Source of the DNA: Candidatus Latescibacterota bacterium
GTDB lineage: Bacteria; Latescibacterota; UBA2968; UBA8231
Length of the DNA stretch: 64,000 nt
Direction of reading: 5' to 3'
NCBI GenBank assembly: GCA_965204725.1
Contig: OZ242005.1
Coordinates: 2,464,001 to 2,528,000, forward strand
Positions 21,403 through 33,502 of this stretch are shown here, one piece after another. Numbering within the stretch: the stretch's first letter is position 1; every line of letters begins with the position of its first letter. Made by a program: the position numbers and the translations under genes. The notes under the pieces were generated by a model, which was not told where the DNA came from, did no database searches, and was given only the letters and a program-made list of their open reading frames with translations.

Positions 21403-24069
21403 CTAGCGTTCGAGCCCTGCATAGGCCGTCATGAATATCTTGCTGGTCGTGCTAGGAGACAGATTTTCAAACGTCAGCTTCTGTAGACGAAATCCCGTTT
21501 GCAGATGGAGCCTGTAGCCGAGGTAATCCGAGGCGTTATTAAATTGCACCGCGACGATGCGGCTGAAGGAATCCGGATCCAAGTCGCGATGAACCGGCAC
21601 CCCCTCGGCGTCGCGGAACTGCTCAAAGTGGGACAGTTCTAGTCCTAACTCGATGAGCGTATGGGAGAGCAGGGGAATGCGAGCAATAAGAAAAAGCGTC
21701 TCGGTCAACTCACGGCGCTCTGGATCGCGCTGGCGAACGGGGCGCGTGCGCAAAAATTCGCTCTTGAAACGCGGTTCAAATTCGATGGTTCCCACCGAGA
21801 AGGTGTAATCAACCTTGTTGATGAGACCGACAAAGCTGGCCGTGCGGCGCAGATCGCGCTGATCCCGGCGCTGGTTGTAGATTTCAGTCTTGAACTTGTT
21901 GATTACATTCAGGTTCCCTAGGCGCGTAAAATCGAACTGCATATAAGAAGCGTTGACCCAAGTGTCGCGAGCCGGGAACGGATCGAAAATGCGCTGTTGA
22001 GTACCGCGGGAATTAGATGGCTGCACCCACTGAAAGAGGTTGTCGGGAATATTGTCCTCGACCAGCTTGAAATTGTCGAACACTCGCAAACGGCCCAGCC
22101 CGGCAAAATCCCGGTCGTAGGTGAAGAGCAGGTACGTGGATTTGTTTGTGCGATCCCCCGCTAGCAGTTCTTCGCGCAGATGCCCGACGGTCAGCCGAGC
22201 CTCGGCCCCGATGTGGGTTCCCGCGTACATATTGTAGCCGCGGTGGTCCCGTCCGTAGGGATAGTCGGGCTCCTCGTCGTTTTCAAAGCGGTCGACCCAG
22301 CCGTTGTTGTTCATGTCGATGCCAAAGAGGTATTCGGGTCTATCGGCGTGATAGCGCAGGAAGGGCTCTTCGTAGTCGGGAACGAAGTTTTGGCGATCCT
22401 CCGTATCGTTCTGGTTGAAATCCGAGATGAAATCGTTGTTCTCGTCAAAGCCCGGAAATACCGCATTGTCCGACAACATACCAAAGCGGTTCCAGTCCGG
22501 CCGGCGGTCCTGGTCGTCGTTGTCCTCGACGAACTCGTAGATATAGGATATTTCGTCTTCGTAATCGATTTCGTCCTGGCCGCGCGTGCCGGCCAAGAAG
22601 GTGCGGGTCGAATAGTCGTCGTCCATGCTATAGCCTTCGAGAAAGACGAAATAGGGATAGGACGCCTTGGACAGGTTGAACATCCATGCCTCGGCGTCGT
22701 TGACCGCTTTGCGGTGATCCTTCCGATTGAGGTTGGGATATTGGCGGTATTGCTTGTTGAAATCGTACTCCCCGTAAAAGTCAAAACCCCAGATCTTGTT
22801 GGCCGCCAAGGTAACGCCGAGGATGGTATTGGCCGTCGGCAGACCGTAATCGAATTGCAACAGGTGCTGGTTGGAGTTGTCGCGGATGTTGTTTTGCGCC
22901 CGTTCGATCAGCAAGAAGACGGGCTGCGAGTCCCGGTTGGTCTGGCGGTCCGACGTGATTTCCACCTTGTAGTCGTTGGAGATCACCAATTCAAAGGATA
23001 TTCTCTCAATAACTGTAGGATCGGGTCCTAGATACAAAGGGTCGGTAAAATCGTAGGTGAGGGTAATGCGCTCGTCCCCATCCGCGGCCAAAAATCCCAC
23101 CCGTTGGAAACCCCCTTCGCGTATGGGCTCGAATCCTATGGCACTGCCTCTGAAAACGTTGCCATCTACATCCTCGATGATGATTTCGTCGTCGAATAGG
23201 GCCGCCCCACCCACCCCGTCTGCGGGCGAGTCGTCCGACAGCCGGATGATGATGCGGGATATGGGCAGCGCATTCTGGTCGGTGGTCAGAGCCCCGCCGG
23301 TGAAAGGGTTGCCGGTGAAATCGTCGAATAGCGTCTGGCCTTGGAAGGCGGTCACATAGGTCGCTCCGACCTCGACGAAGTCGCCAACTTGGACGGTGCC
23401 CCGCCCGCCCAGTAAATTGGTAACACTCGTTTTCTGATCGGGAATATCGAGAGAAGTGGCCACTGCCGGCCGACTAGGCCGGGCCAGCAGGAGAGTGCCT
23501 TGGTACTTGTCGGCCGCAAAGTCCCACTGAATGCCGTTGAAGGTGGGTTTAGAAAAAGTCATCGGCGTCAGAGTCGTGCGGATCTCATCCCCAATCGTGA
23601 TGCTATAGTAGTATTGTCCCTTGTGGTCCGAGGATACGACCACTCGGTTGAACCACTGGTTGAACCTGTTGGTCTTGAGGATGCTGCTGCCGAACTGCTG
23701 GGGACGGTCTTGCTGCCAATCGTAGATCAACCAGCCCCGGGTGACTAGATTGCCGAAGAAGTCGTAGAAGTAATCGCCCTCCAACGCGGTATCTACATAG
23801 CGCTGATAGGGGTCGCGGGCGTAGTTGGAGTACTCCCATTGTCTCCACTGATACTCCTCGTACAGTTCTTGGGGCACGTACCACTTGTGTACTGTCGGAT
23901 TCAGCGCACCGAATAATACCCCTGGTCCTTGGGGAGAAAAACTCACCGTTCCATCCTGCTTCACTCTACCGAGGCGCGAGCCGTACTCTTGAGCACCGGC
24001 CCCAAGCGGCGCACCCCAACCTAGCGCGTAGAGAACGGTGCCTATCGCAATCAGATATCGCTTGCTCAA
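21403..24069 (-). CDS. Large secreted / putative outer-membrane beta-barrel protein
   Basis: TTG start at 24069 after GGAGG; signal peptide; amphipathic strands toward the C-terminus; acidic DNDDQD, DENND, DMNNNG loops. Confidence 0.65.
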   Translation of the reverse strand: MSKRYLIAIGTVLYALGWGAPLGAGAQEYGSRLGRVKQDGTVSFSPQGPGVLFGALNPTVHKWYVPQELYEEYQWRQWEYSNYARDPYQRYVDTALEGDYFYDFFGNLVTRGWLIYDWQQDRPQQFGSSILKTNRFNQWFNRVVVSSDHKGQYYYSITIGDEIRTTLTPMTFSKPTFNGIQWDFAADKYQGTLLLARPSRPAVATSLDIPDQKTSVTNLLGGRGTVQVGDFVEVGATYVTAFQGQTLFDDFTGNPFTGGALTTDQNALPISRIIIRLSDDSPADGVGGAALFDDEIIIEDVDGNVFRGSAIGFEPIREGGFQRVGFLAADGDERITLTYDFTDPLYLGPDPTVIERISFELVISNDYKVEITSDRQTNRDSQPVFLLIERAQNNIRDNSNQHLLQFDYGLPTANTILGVTLAANKIWGFDFYGEYDFNKQYRQYPNLNRKDHRKAVNDAEAWMFNLSKASYPYFVFLEGYSMDDDYSTRTFLAGTRGQDEIDYEDEISYIYEFVEDNDDQDRRPDWNRFGMLSDNAVFPGFDENNDFISDFNQNDTEDRQNFVPDYEEPFLRYHADRPEYLFGIDMNNNGWVDRFENDEEPDYPYGRDHRGYNMYAGTHIGAEARLTVGHLREELLAGDRTNKSTYLLFTYDRDFAGLGRLRVFDNFKLVEDNIPDNLFQWVQPSNSRGTQQRIFDPFPARDTWVNASYMQFDFTRLGNLNVINKFKTEIYNQRRDQRDLRRTASFVGLINKVDYTFSVGTIEFEPRFKSEFLRTRPVRQRDPERRELTETLFLIARIPLLSHTLIELGLELSHFEQFRDAEGVPVHRDLDPDSFSRIVAVQFNNASDYLGYRLHLQTGFRLQKLTFENLSPSTTSKIFMTAYAGLER

Positions 24070-24105
24070 AATCCTCCCTCCTCCCTTGGCTGGCACCTAC
24101 TACTG

Positions 24106-26091
24106 TTAATATACCACGGACACACTGCTCGAACGCCGCTCGGTCTCCCGGTCCGAGCGGATTTCCACTACCACTATGTAGATGCCCGGCGGCACTAGGC
24201 GACCGTCGCCGCCGCGACCATCCCACTGGAGCTCGATGCGGCCGTTTGGGACCTCAACCGAGTTGAGCCGCCGCACGTGGCCACCGGCCAAATCGCGGAT
24301 ATTTACCTCCGTCAGCGCGGGTTCGAGTAGGTGCAGAACCGCATAGCTTATTTGCGCCTCGTCATTGGCCCCATCTCCATTGGGGGTGAAGATCCGCGGC
24401 TGGATTGCCAGCGGACCAGCCACCTGCGAGCCTACGGTAATCCTCACCAGCAACTCGTCGGTATCCAGTTCGGCTGAAGCATCCCCGCCTGCGGTCTGTA
24501 GCGGCACTTGCACACTCGCATCGGCAAAGGCTCGCCCTTGGAAACGCGTACCATAGCGGAACACGGCCGCATCAAAGACAATTTTCAAAAGGGTGCCATC
24601 GGCGCTGATCAGGGGTAATTTTAGGGCAAAGTGGTCGTCCTCCACGGCCTCAATGGCGAACGATCCGACGCGCAGGGGCAAAGACACATCGGCTAGATCG
24701 CCGCTGAACTCGGCTCCATCTAGGCGATTGCCCGCCTCATCTTGGATCTCCACCGAATGGATGGCCGCGATGCGAGCCGGGGTTTCGATTGCAAAGCGCG
24801 TAAATCCCGGCCGACCCGTAGTATTGGCGATGTGGGCGAAGTACGTAAAAGTCGTCTGTTTGCCGACCTCGGTTCGCGGTGGTCCCACCTCGGCGATGAT
24901 GCGATCAACCGGGGGCCGTGCGAACTCAAAGCCCAAGTCGGCAACAGCGCGGCTAGCATCTAGGCTCAGATTGGTGAAGTCAATGCGAAACTGGAAGTAC
25001 GACCGTGGTGCCGGCACAGTCAGCGGGACCCCATTGTCGACCACTTGCCACTGGACCCAGCCGTTGTCGGTATCGGATTTGATGGGGCCTCGCTGATTTT
25101 TCGCCAGTTTCTCAAAGGTTTCCGCGGTCAGCGTATTGCCTTCGCTGTCGGTGGACACGTATTCGGGTTGCCGCCCCCCCACGTTGGCATTGCGGAAAAA
25201 GATATCTGGTGTCGTATCCCGCCCGCTGCGTACGCGAACTTCCATCTTGGAATCCGCGCTATTGCCCGCGGCTATTTCGCTCCAAGCAATTCGGCCCCAG
25301 ACCACCTCCTCGCCCAGATCCAGCACATTGGACACATAGCTAGCCGTCGGTACGAACCCCCTGCCGTACACCTCTATCTCGTCAATTTCAAATCCGAGGG
25401 TGGAAATCGACTTGAGTTGCAAAAAGCGGACAAATTGGGGATTGATTTGGGCTTCTACTCTGGCCTCGCGGTTGTCTGGATCGCGCCGCACCGGCGAGGT
25501 AAAAATGGGCTGCCCACTGGCAAAGAGGTTTTGCGGCAAGCCATCGTTGAGGAACAACTCATATCCCCGCATGAATTCGTTCCCAAAGGGAAATGCCGCC
25601 GTCATCCGCGGATAGAATACGATTTGGTCCACTCCAAAGCGCGCACCCAAGTCAATGCGAATGGTGACGCCGTTGTTGCGCACGATGCGACCGGCCACGA
25701 ACTTGCGGTCAAAAGCCACGCGGTGGTCGCCATTGAGCATACCCGCCAATTGCTCTGGGTCTTTCTGGCTGGCATCCAGCCCCGGAATATCTATAGTCCC
25801 TCCTCGCTCGAGAATACCGAGCGAAATGTTGAAGTCGGAGCGCAAGCGCAGCGGCATGATCCAGTTCCGCAGAGAATCCAAGCCATCGGCGAACACTTTT
25901 TCGCCGTTGGCGTCCTCGATAGTCCCCAGTTGCTCGACAAAATCGATTACGCCCCCGGGTGTTGTGCCAGAATTGCGCCAAGGACGTGCGTCGCCCCCGA
26001 CCGTAAAAACATCCTGTGCGCTGGTTGGGCACACGGACAGCAGGAGGAGAAGAAAAATTGGCGCAGGAGGGACTAAAAAACGAGCGTTCAT
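24106..26091 (-). CDS. Secreted FlgD-Ig/T9SS-type domain protein (third paralog)
   Basis: Signal peptide; IDLG, EIEVYGRGF, RSGRD, PAPRSYFQ; FTPNGDGAND...WDGRGGDGRLVPPGIY. Confidence 0.8.
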   Translation of the reverse strand: MNARFLVPPAPIFLLLLLSVCPTSAQDVFTVGGDARPWRNSGTTPGGVIDFVEQLGTIEDANGEKVFADGLDSLRNWIMPLRLRSDFNISLGILERGGTIDIPGLDASQKDPEQLAGMLNGDHRVAFDRKFVAGRIVRNNGVTIRIDLGARFGVDQIVFYPRMTAAFPFGNEFMRGYELFLNDGLPQNLFASGQPIFTSPVRRDPDNREARVEAQINPQFVRFLQLKSISTLGFEIDEIEVYGRGFVPTASYVSNVLDLGEEVVWGRIAWSEIAAGNSADSKMEVRVRSGRDTTPDIFFRNANVGGRQPEYVSTDSEGNTLTAETFEKLAKNQRGPIKSDTDNGWVQWQVVDNGVPLTVPAPRSYFQFRIDFTNLSLDASRAVADLGFEFARPPVDRIIAEVGPPRTEVGKQTTFTYFAHIANTTGRPGFTRFAIETPARIAAIHSVEIQDEAGNRLDGAEFSGDLADVSLPLRVGSFAIEAVEDDHFALKLPLISADGTLLKIVFDAAVFRYGTRFQGRAFADASVQVPLQTAGGDASAELDTDELLVRITVGSQVAGPLAIQPRIFTPNGDGANDEAQISYAVLHLLEPALTEVNIRDLAGGHVRRLNSVEVPNGRIELQWDGRGGDGRLVPPGIYIVVVEIRSDRETERRSSSVSVVY

Positions 26092-26240
26092 CTGAACGAT
26101 TGCAGCAGCTTGAAAAGGGGACCGATGGGACGATATGCCATAGTGAAGTTAGTTACAGGTTGTGGTGAGCTTCAATATATGATAAATCAAGAAAGCAAAA
26201 AAACTACGTATCTTATAGAATAGAGAAGCCGCGGACGCAC

Positions 26241-26369
26241 GGAACGATTGGAGACCAGCGCACCGGGCCGGAAATCGAAACGCTGATGGTCGAAGCCGGC
26301 TTCAGCGAGACGGAGTGCCGCCCCCTCGACCACGAACAGGGGATCGCAATCGGCTGGAAGCGCGTATAG
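26241..26369 (+). pseudogene. C-terminal remnant of a class I SAM (O-)methyltransferase
   Basis: Manual translation GTIGDQRTGPEIETLMVEAGFSETECRPLDHEQGIAIGWKRV*, matching the GxxRT..E...L..AGF terminus of Methyltransf_2 proteins; no N-terminal part. Confidence 0.5.
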
Positions 26370-26669
26370 TCAATCGTCGAGCGGTGTCAACCAAACCACG
26401 GTCGCCCCCCAACCGCCGCCGCCATCCCCAGCTAAGCGGAATGACTCCACTGCGGGCAAGCGGCCCAAGATGGCATGGACCGAGCGCCGCAACTGGCCCG
26501 TGCCCTTGCCGTGGATGACGCGCACTTGCAAAATGCCCGCTTGGCGACAGGCATCCAAATAGTCGGGTAACAACCCCTTGAGGTCGCGCGGATGGAAGGT
26601 GTGCAGATCCAGCGTACCGTCAATGGGAACTTCCACCGCTTCCGGCTCTTCCCATTCTTCTGCGGACAT
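26370..26669 (-). CDS. Small Smr/MutS2-domain protein
   Basis: Start MSAEEW at 26669; [18 protein letters not shown] motifs. Confidence 0.92.
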   Translation of the reverse strand: MSAEEWEEPEAVEVPIDGTLDLHTFHPRDLKGLLPDYLDACRQAGILQVRVIHGKGTGQLRRSVHAILGRLPAVESFRLAGDGGGGWGATVVWLTPLDD

Positions 26670-26672
26670 CGT

Positions 26673-26791
26673 CCTACCCCTCGCTTTTGTGCTTTCTGTG
26701 CCTCTTGTGGCCCTGTCCCGCCTACCCCTCGTACGCGGAGTGCCATTGTGTTTTTTGTGCTTCTTGTGCCTTTTGTGGCCCTGTCCCGCCT
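26673..26791. repeat. Intergenic duplicated TTGTG-rich repeat
   Basis: 39-bp copies at 26685-26723 and 26753-26791 (3 mismatches), plus CCTACCCCTCG at 26673 and 26721. Confidence 0.8.
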
Positions 26792-27972
26792 CAACCCCGC
26801 GCACGGAGTTCCGTAGAGCTAATATCCATCCTGAAAGGCACCGGCGCGAAGAGGTCCGCGTACTGTGCAGGTACATCTATATCTGCTAAGGTGTGGTACG
26901 CATTTCCATCCGCCCGCCCGGCCACCCAAAAGCGACACCCCTCAGCGGCAAACTCCGCCAAGGCCGCGGCCAAGCCCCGCTCCCCATCGTCGTAATACTG
27001 GCCTTGTAAGAGCCGCACAGCCGTATCGTAGCCCAGCGCGAAATGGCAACCGCCAAAAAGCCGGGCTTTCTGCAAAAAGGTCGGCGACCGCGTCACCACC
27101 ACTGGGAAGCGACCGCGCATTTGCGCCAAACGGCTTTCCACGGCGCTCCTTTGCAGCGGGGGCTTATCGACATTTTCGATGGACAGTTCCAAGCTCGGCT
27201 GGCGACCGCTTAGTTGTCCCGCGGCGGCCGCCAGCCGCTCGTGTCCCTCGTGCAGCGGATTGAAAGACCCGGACAAGAGCAGGCGCTGACCGCGCTCGAC
27301 CTCGGGCGCGAACCCCCCGTCGGAGCGCGTTTCGACGACGTCCAACTCGCCCGCAAACAGCAAGCTCAGCGGATCGTCCAACGCCAGCACGCGCCGCGTA
27401 AGATGCGCGTATTCGGGCCGCGATTCACCGGCGACCGGGCCGCCGCCAGCTTCCACTAGAGCCTCCAAGGCCAAGCGGCTCAAGACCTCCTCTTGCGCCA
27501 AGCGGTCGGCCGCACCCTTTTCAAAGCGCAGCGTGTACAAGCGGTAGGAATCCTCCAAGCGCAGCGCGAGACAGCCCCGGTCCGGCCCGCGCCGCGGCCT
27601 GTTCGTCGCCAAGGCCGCACTACAGCCCACGCCGATGCAGCATTGCCCGCGCTCGGCCAAGGAAGCGGCCCGCACAAAGGCCCGGCCCGCCAGATCGCGC
27701 GCCGTTTGCTCGCTCGCCCGATGCGGCCCCGGCGCAGCCAAATACGCCGCAAGCGCTCGCTCGCTATAGGGCACTTGGGCTTCGACGATAGCGTGCGAGG
27801 CCCCGGGATGATTCAAGAGCCAGCTAATGAGTTCGCTGCCGCCGCCAGTGGTTGCGAGCGCCAGCTTAGTGCCGCTGTGCAATACGGCTTCGACCTGCGT
27901 CCAGATGTCGCGGGAGACGCGCAAGCCCTCGCTAAGCGCGGGATAAGGCCGCACCTCACTCATGGAAACCAT
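26791..27972 (-). CDS. CinA/PncC-like domain fused to cytidylyltransferase-family (NMNAT-like) domain
   Basis: TGGGS...PGAS...VPYS N-terminal domain; [11 protein letters not shown] (HxGH), GYDT and DISST motifs. Confidence 0.8.
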   Translation of the reverse strand: MVSMSEVRPYPALSEGLRVSRDIWTQVEAVLHSGTKLALATTGGGSELISWLLNHPGASHAIVEAQVPYSERALAAYLAAPGPHRASEQTARDLAGRAFVRAASLAERGQCCIGVGCSAALATNRPRRGPDRGCLALRLEDSYRLYTLRFEKGAADRLAQEEVLSRLALEALVEAGGGPVAGESRPEYAHLTRRVLALDDPLSLLFAGELDVVETRSDGGFAPEVERGQRLLLSGSFNPLHEGHERLAAAAGQLSGRQPSLELSIENVDKPPLQRSAVESRLAQMRGRFPVVVTRSPTFLQKARLFGGCHFALGYDTAVRLLQGQYYDDGERGLAAALAEFAAEGCRFWVAGRADGNAYHTLADIDVPAQYADLFAPVPFRMDISSTELRARG

Positions 27973-27975
27973 TCC

Positions 27976-28156
27976 TATAGCAATCCTACATCCTTCATAA
28001 GGGATGTTCTGCGTGGCGTTTTGGGTATGAGATACTTCGCTACGCTCAGTATGACAAGGGCTGGGGTACGAAGCCCCCGTCTCGGTGTCATGCTGAGCGC
28101 AGCGCAGCGCAGTCGAAGCATCTCTACATGCTTACAAGTCATTTAGGACGGCTATA
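27976..28156. mobile_element. MITE-like element with an internal REP-like palindrome
   Basis: Left end TATAGCAATCCTACATCCTTCATAAG; reverse complement of right end TATAGCCGTCCTAAATGACTTGTAAG. Internal inverted repeat 28029-28056 / 28086-28124. Confidence 0.7.
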
Positions 28157-28196
28157 TTTGCCGGTGGAGCGCCCATAATATCGCGCCTCCTCCTGC

Positions 28197-28225
28197 TTGT
28201 CAAACACCCGCAGCGCGACCATATT
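28197..28225 (+). promoter_or_regulatory. Putative sigma70 promoter for galU
   Basis: TTGTCA-N17-CATATT upstream of ATG 28243. Confidence 0.45.
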
Positions 28226-28242
28226 TTTGCCAGAGCCATCCA

Positions 28243-29100
28243 ATGAACATCGCCAAAGCCATTGTGCCGGTAGCCGGTCTAGGCACCCGACTCCTGCCCA
28301 CGACCAAAGCCTTGCCCAAGGAAATGCTGCCCGTGGGTCGCCTGCCGGTCGTCCACCGCGTCGTCGAAGAGCTAGCGGCTGCCGGCATCCGCCAAATCCT
28401 CTTCGTCACCGGGCGCGGCAAGCGCGCGATTGAGGATCACTTCGACGACAGCGGCGCGGCGGGCCACCCCTTGGGCTACCGCGAGCGCGGCATCGAGTTT
28501 TTCTCCGTGCGCCAACCTCAGCCCCCCGGGACCGGCACGGCGGTCGCGGCCGGGGAAACCTTCGCGGCCGGCGAGCCTTTTGTCGTGGCCTTTGGCGACA
28601 GCATCGTGCGCACCCACAGCGGCCGCCCCCTGTTGCAGCGCATGATCCACTCGCACCTGCGCCATCGCGCCGCCTGCACCATCGGCGCACACGAAGTGCC
28701 CCCAGAGCGGATGCACCACTACGGCATCTTGGTCCCCCAAGGGGCCTCGGCTGAAAATTCCAAGCTGACCGCGATCCTCGAAAAACCAACGCCCGAGCAA
28801 ACCGCTAGCCGCTTAGCCGTTAGTGCGCGCTACGTGTTTTCTCCGGCCATTTTTTCCCACCTCCGCGCCACTACACCCGCTGCGAGCGGGGAGATATACC
28901 TCACCGACGCGATTGCCGCCCTCATCGCCGCTGGGGGCCTAGTCCGCGCCGTGCGCTTGGGCAGCGACGAGCAGCGCTGCGACATTGGCAACCACCTCTC
29001 TTATTTGTTGAGCTTTGTCGATTACGCGCTCGACGACCCAGAATGGGGGGCGCAAATCCGCGCCTATCTGCGGGAAAAACTAGCCGACGACCCGTCTTGA
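28243..29100 (+). CDS. galU: UTP-glucose-1-phosphate uridylyltransferase
   Basis: KAIVPVAGLGTRLLPTTKALPKEMLP, KRAIEDHFD, EKP, GEIYLTDAI. Confidence 0.9.
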   Translation: MNIAKAIVPVAGLGTRLLPTTKALPKEMLPVGRLPVVHRVVEELAAAGIRQILFVTGRGKRAIEDHFDDSGAAGHPLGYRERGIEFFSVRQPQPPGTGTAVAAGETFAAGEPFVVAFGDSIVRTHSGRPLLQRMIHSHLRHRAACTIGAHEVPPERMHHYGILVPQGASAENSKLTAILEKPTPEQTASRLAVSARYVFSPAIFSHLRATTPAASGEIYLTDAIAALIAAGGLVRAVRLGSDEQRCDIGNHLSYLLSFVDYALDDPEWGAQIRAYLREKLADDPS

Positions 29101-29124
29101 CAGCCCTTGGCAAATCCATAATGT
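29097..29124 (+). promoter_or_regulatory. Putative sigma70 promoter for the sulfite reductase operon
   Basis: TTGACA-N16-TAATGT. Confidence 0.45.
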
Positions 29125-29166
29125 TAGTAAGGTTCAATTAGACGCTAACCGCATAGGGGTTTACGC

Positions 29167-31410
<2,244 letters not shown>

Positions 31411-31416
31411 GGCTGC

Positions 31417-31995
31417 ATGGAAGCCCTACAGCGCATCAACGTCAAATTCTATCTCGAAGACCCCGAGTCCCTGTCGGCCCAAGCGGCCTTTCGCATCTTC
31501 AATAGTTGGATCCCGACGACTCCCGACGAAGTGCTCATCGACGTGGCCGACTACAGCCACCTCGCTGAGGGACCGCTGACCTTGCTCGTCGGCCACGAAG
31601 CCAACTACAGCCTCGACAACCACCGCGCCGAGTTGGGCTTGCTCTACTCGCGCAAACAACCCACCGCTGGCAGCCTGACCGAGCGGCTTGCCAGCGCGTT
31701 CAAAGCGGCCCTCACAGCCTGCCGCCGCCTCGAAGAAGAGCCCAGCCTAGCCGGCGCAGTAAAATTTCGCCGCGGCGATGTGCTCCTCGTAGCCAACGAC
31801 CGCCTCAACGCCACCAACGACCCAGCCGGCGAAAGCGCCCTGCGGGCCGCGCTCGGCCCGGTCCTCGCCCGGCTCTTTGCCGGGGCCGAGTACGCCGTGG
31901 AGCGCGACCCAGCCCCTCAGGCGCGCCTCAACCTGCGAATCCGCTGCCAGACCGATGCCGACGCGGCCACCCTGCTGGGCAATCTCGCCGCTTGA
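31417..31995 (+). CDS. Hypothetical protein, co-operonic with the sulfite reductase
   Basis: Host-like codon usage, 6 nt after the upstream stop; LIDVADYSH motif. Confidence 0.75.
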   Translation: MEALQRINVKFYLEDPESLSAQAAFRIFNSWIPTTPDEVLIDVADYSHLAEGPLTLLVGHEANYSLDNHRAELGLLYSRKQPTAGSLTERLASAFKAALTACRRLEEEPSLAGAVKFRRGDVLLVANDRLNATNDPAGESALRAALGPVLARLFAGAEYAVERDPAPQARLNLRIRCQTDADAATLLGNLAA

Positions 31996-32019
31996 CAGAG
32001 GCAAACAGGCCCGTATTTT
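31992..32019 (+). promoter_or_regulatory. Putative sigma70 promoter for ferredoxin
   Basis: TTGACA-N16-TATTTT. Confidence 0.4.
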
Positions 32020-32051
32020 TGCGATAAATAGCACCCTATTGGGAGGAACCC

Positions 32052-32366
32052 ATGGCTTACTACATCACCGAAACCTGCATCGACGTCAAAGACAAGGCCT
32101 GCGTCGAGGTTTGCCCGGTCGATTGCATCCATCCAATCGACGGCGAAGGCGAGCCCATGCTCTACATCGACCCGGACGAATGCATCGATTGCGGCGCCTG
32201 CGAGCCGGAGTGCCCGGTCGAGGCGATCTTCGCCGAAGAGGATGTGCCCGAGGACCAAGACCGCTTCGTCGAGATCAATACCAAGTACTTTGAGCTGCGC
32301 AACGACGCCGAAGAGTGGAACCAATGGAAGCAGGAACACGCCGCCGAATTTGAAAAAACCAGCTAG
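32052..32366 (+). CDS. Dicluster (7Fe-type) ferredoxin
   Basis: CIDVKDKACVEVCPVDC and CIDCGACEPECP; GGAGG RBS. Confidence 0.96.
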   Translation: MAYYITETCIDVKDKACVEVCPVDCIHPIDGEGEPMLYIDPDECIDCGACEPECPVEAIFAEEDVPEDQDRFVEINTKYFELRNDAEEWNQWKQEHAAEFEKTS

Positions 32367-32380
32367 GCCGCTCGCTCTTT

Positions 32381-32427
32381 GCGCGAAAAAGCCGGGACGC
32401 CCCACGGGTTTCCCGGCTTTTTCGCGC
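32381..32427. terminator. Bidirectional intrinsic terminator-like hairpin
   Basis: Perfect 17-bp stem GCGCGAAAAAGCCGGGA / TCCCGGCTTTTTCGCGC. Confidence 0.85.
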
Positions 32428-32491
32428 TTGACGCTATCGCACCCACCCCGCTTATTTTTTCCCCCAACGAGCATTGCCGGAGATCGACTAC

Positions 32492-33502
32492 ATGGCCAAG
32501 ACAACTGCCCGCAAAAAACCGAAAGCCAAGAAAACCAAGCTCCGGGCCGCGCCCGACAAGCTGTGGTTTATGTACCGCAAGATGTCCGAGATCCGCCTCT
32601 TTGAAGAACACGTCTGGGATGTCTATACCCGTGGCCTGATGCCCGGCCTAGCCCACCTCTACATCGGCGAGGAGGGCGTGGCTGTCGGCACGTGCGCGGC
32701 CCTCCGCGACTCCGACTACATCACCAGCACGCACCGCGGGCACGGGCATTGTCTAGCCAAGGGCGGCCAACTCGACCGCATGATGGCCGAGATCATGGGC
32801 AAGGAGGCCGGCTATTGCCGCGGCAAGGGCGGCTCCATGCACATCGCCGATATGTCCGTGGGCATCCTCGGCGCCAACGGCATTGTCGGCGGCGGCTTCG
32901 GCATCTGCACCGGCGCGGGCCTCTCGGCCAAGCTGCGGGGGACCGATCAGGTGGGCGTCTGCTTCTTCGGCGACGGCGCGGCCAACCAAGGCATCATGCT
33001 CGAAACGATCAACATGGCCGTAATCTGGAACCTGCCGGTCATCTACGTTTGCGAGAACAACCAATACGGCGAGCACACGCCCTACGAGCACGTCACCGGC
33101 GTCACCGACATCGCCGACCGCGCCAAAGGTCTCGGCCTCGAAGGGGTTATCGCCGACGGCGCGGATGTGCTGGAGATGTACGAAAAAGTAACCGCGGCCG
33201 TGGCCAAAGCGCGCCAAGGCGACGGCCCGAGCCTGATCGAAGCCAAAACCTACCGCTACCACGGCCATCACGTCGGCGACGCCCAGACCTACCGCACCCG
33301 CGACGAGGTCGGCTGGTGGTCTGAGAACAAGGACCCCATTCGCCTGTTGGGCCAATACATGGTCGCCAACAGGGTGGCTAAGCAGGCCGAGCTCGACGCC
33401 CTGTACGAGCAAGTAGAGCGCGAGGTCCTCGACGCCATCGAGTTCGGCAAAGAAGCCTCCTTTCCTCCGCCAGAACAAGCTTTTGAGGATATATATGCCT
33501 GA
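32492..33502 (+). CDS. TPP-dependent dehydrogenase E1 alpha (pyruvate/acetoin type)
   Basis: HLYIGEE, STHRGHGH, GKGGSMH, GDGAAN, ENNQY, TYRYHGH; start reassigned to ATG 32492. Confidence 0.95.
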   Translation: MAKTTARKKPKAKKTKLRAAPDKLWFMYRKMSEIRLFEEHVWDVYTRGLMPGLAHLYIGEEGVAVGTCAALRDSDYITSTHRGHGHCLAKGGQLDRMMAEIMGKEAGYCRGKGGSMHIADMSVGILGANGIVGGGFGICTGAGLSAKLRGTDQVGVCFFGDGAANQGIMLETINMAVIWNLPVIYVCENNQYGEHTPYEHVTGVTDIADRAKGLGLEGVIADGADVLEMYEKVTAAVAKARQGDGPSLIEAKTYRYHGHHVGDAQTYRTRDEVGWWSENKDPIRLLGQYMVANRVAKQAELDALYEQVEREVLDAIEFGKEASFPPPEQAFEDIYA

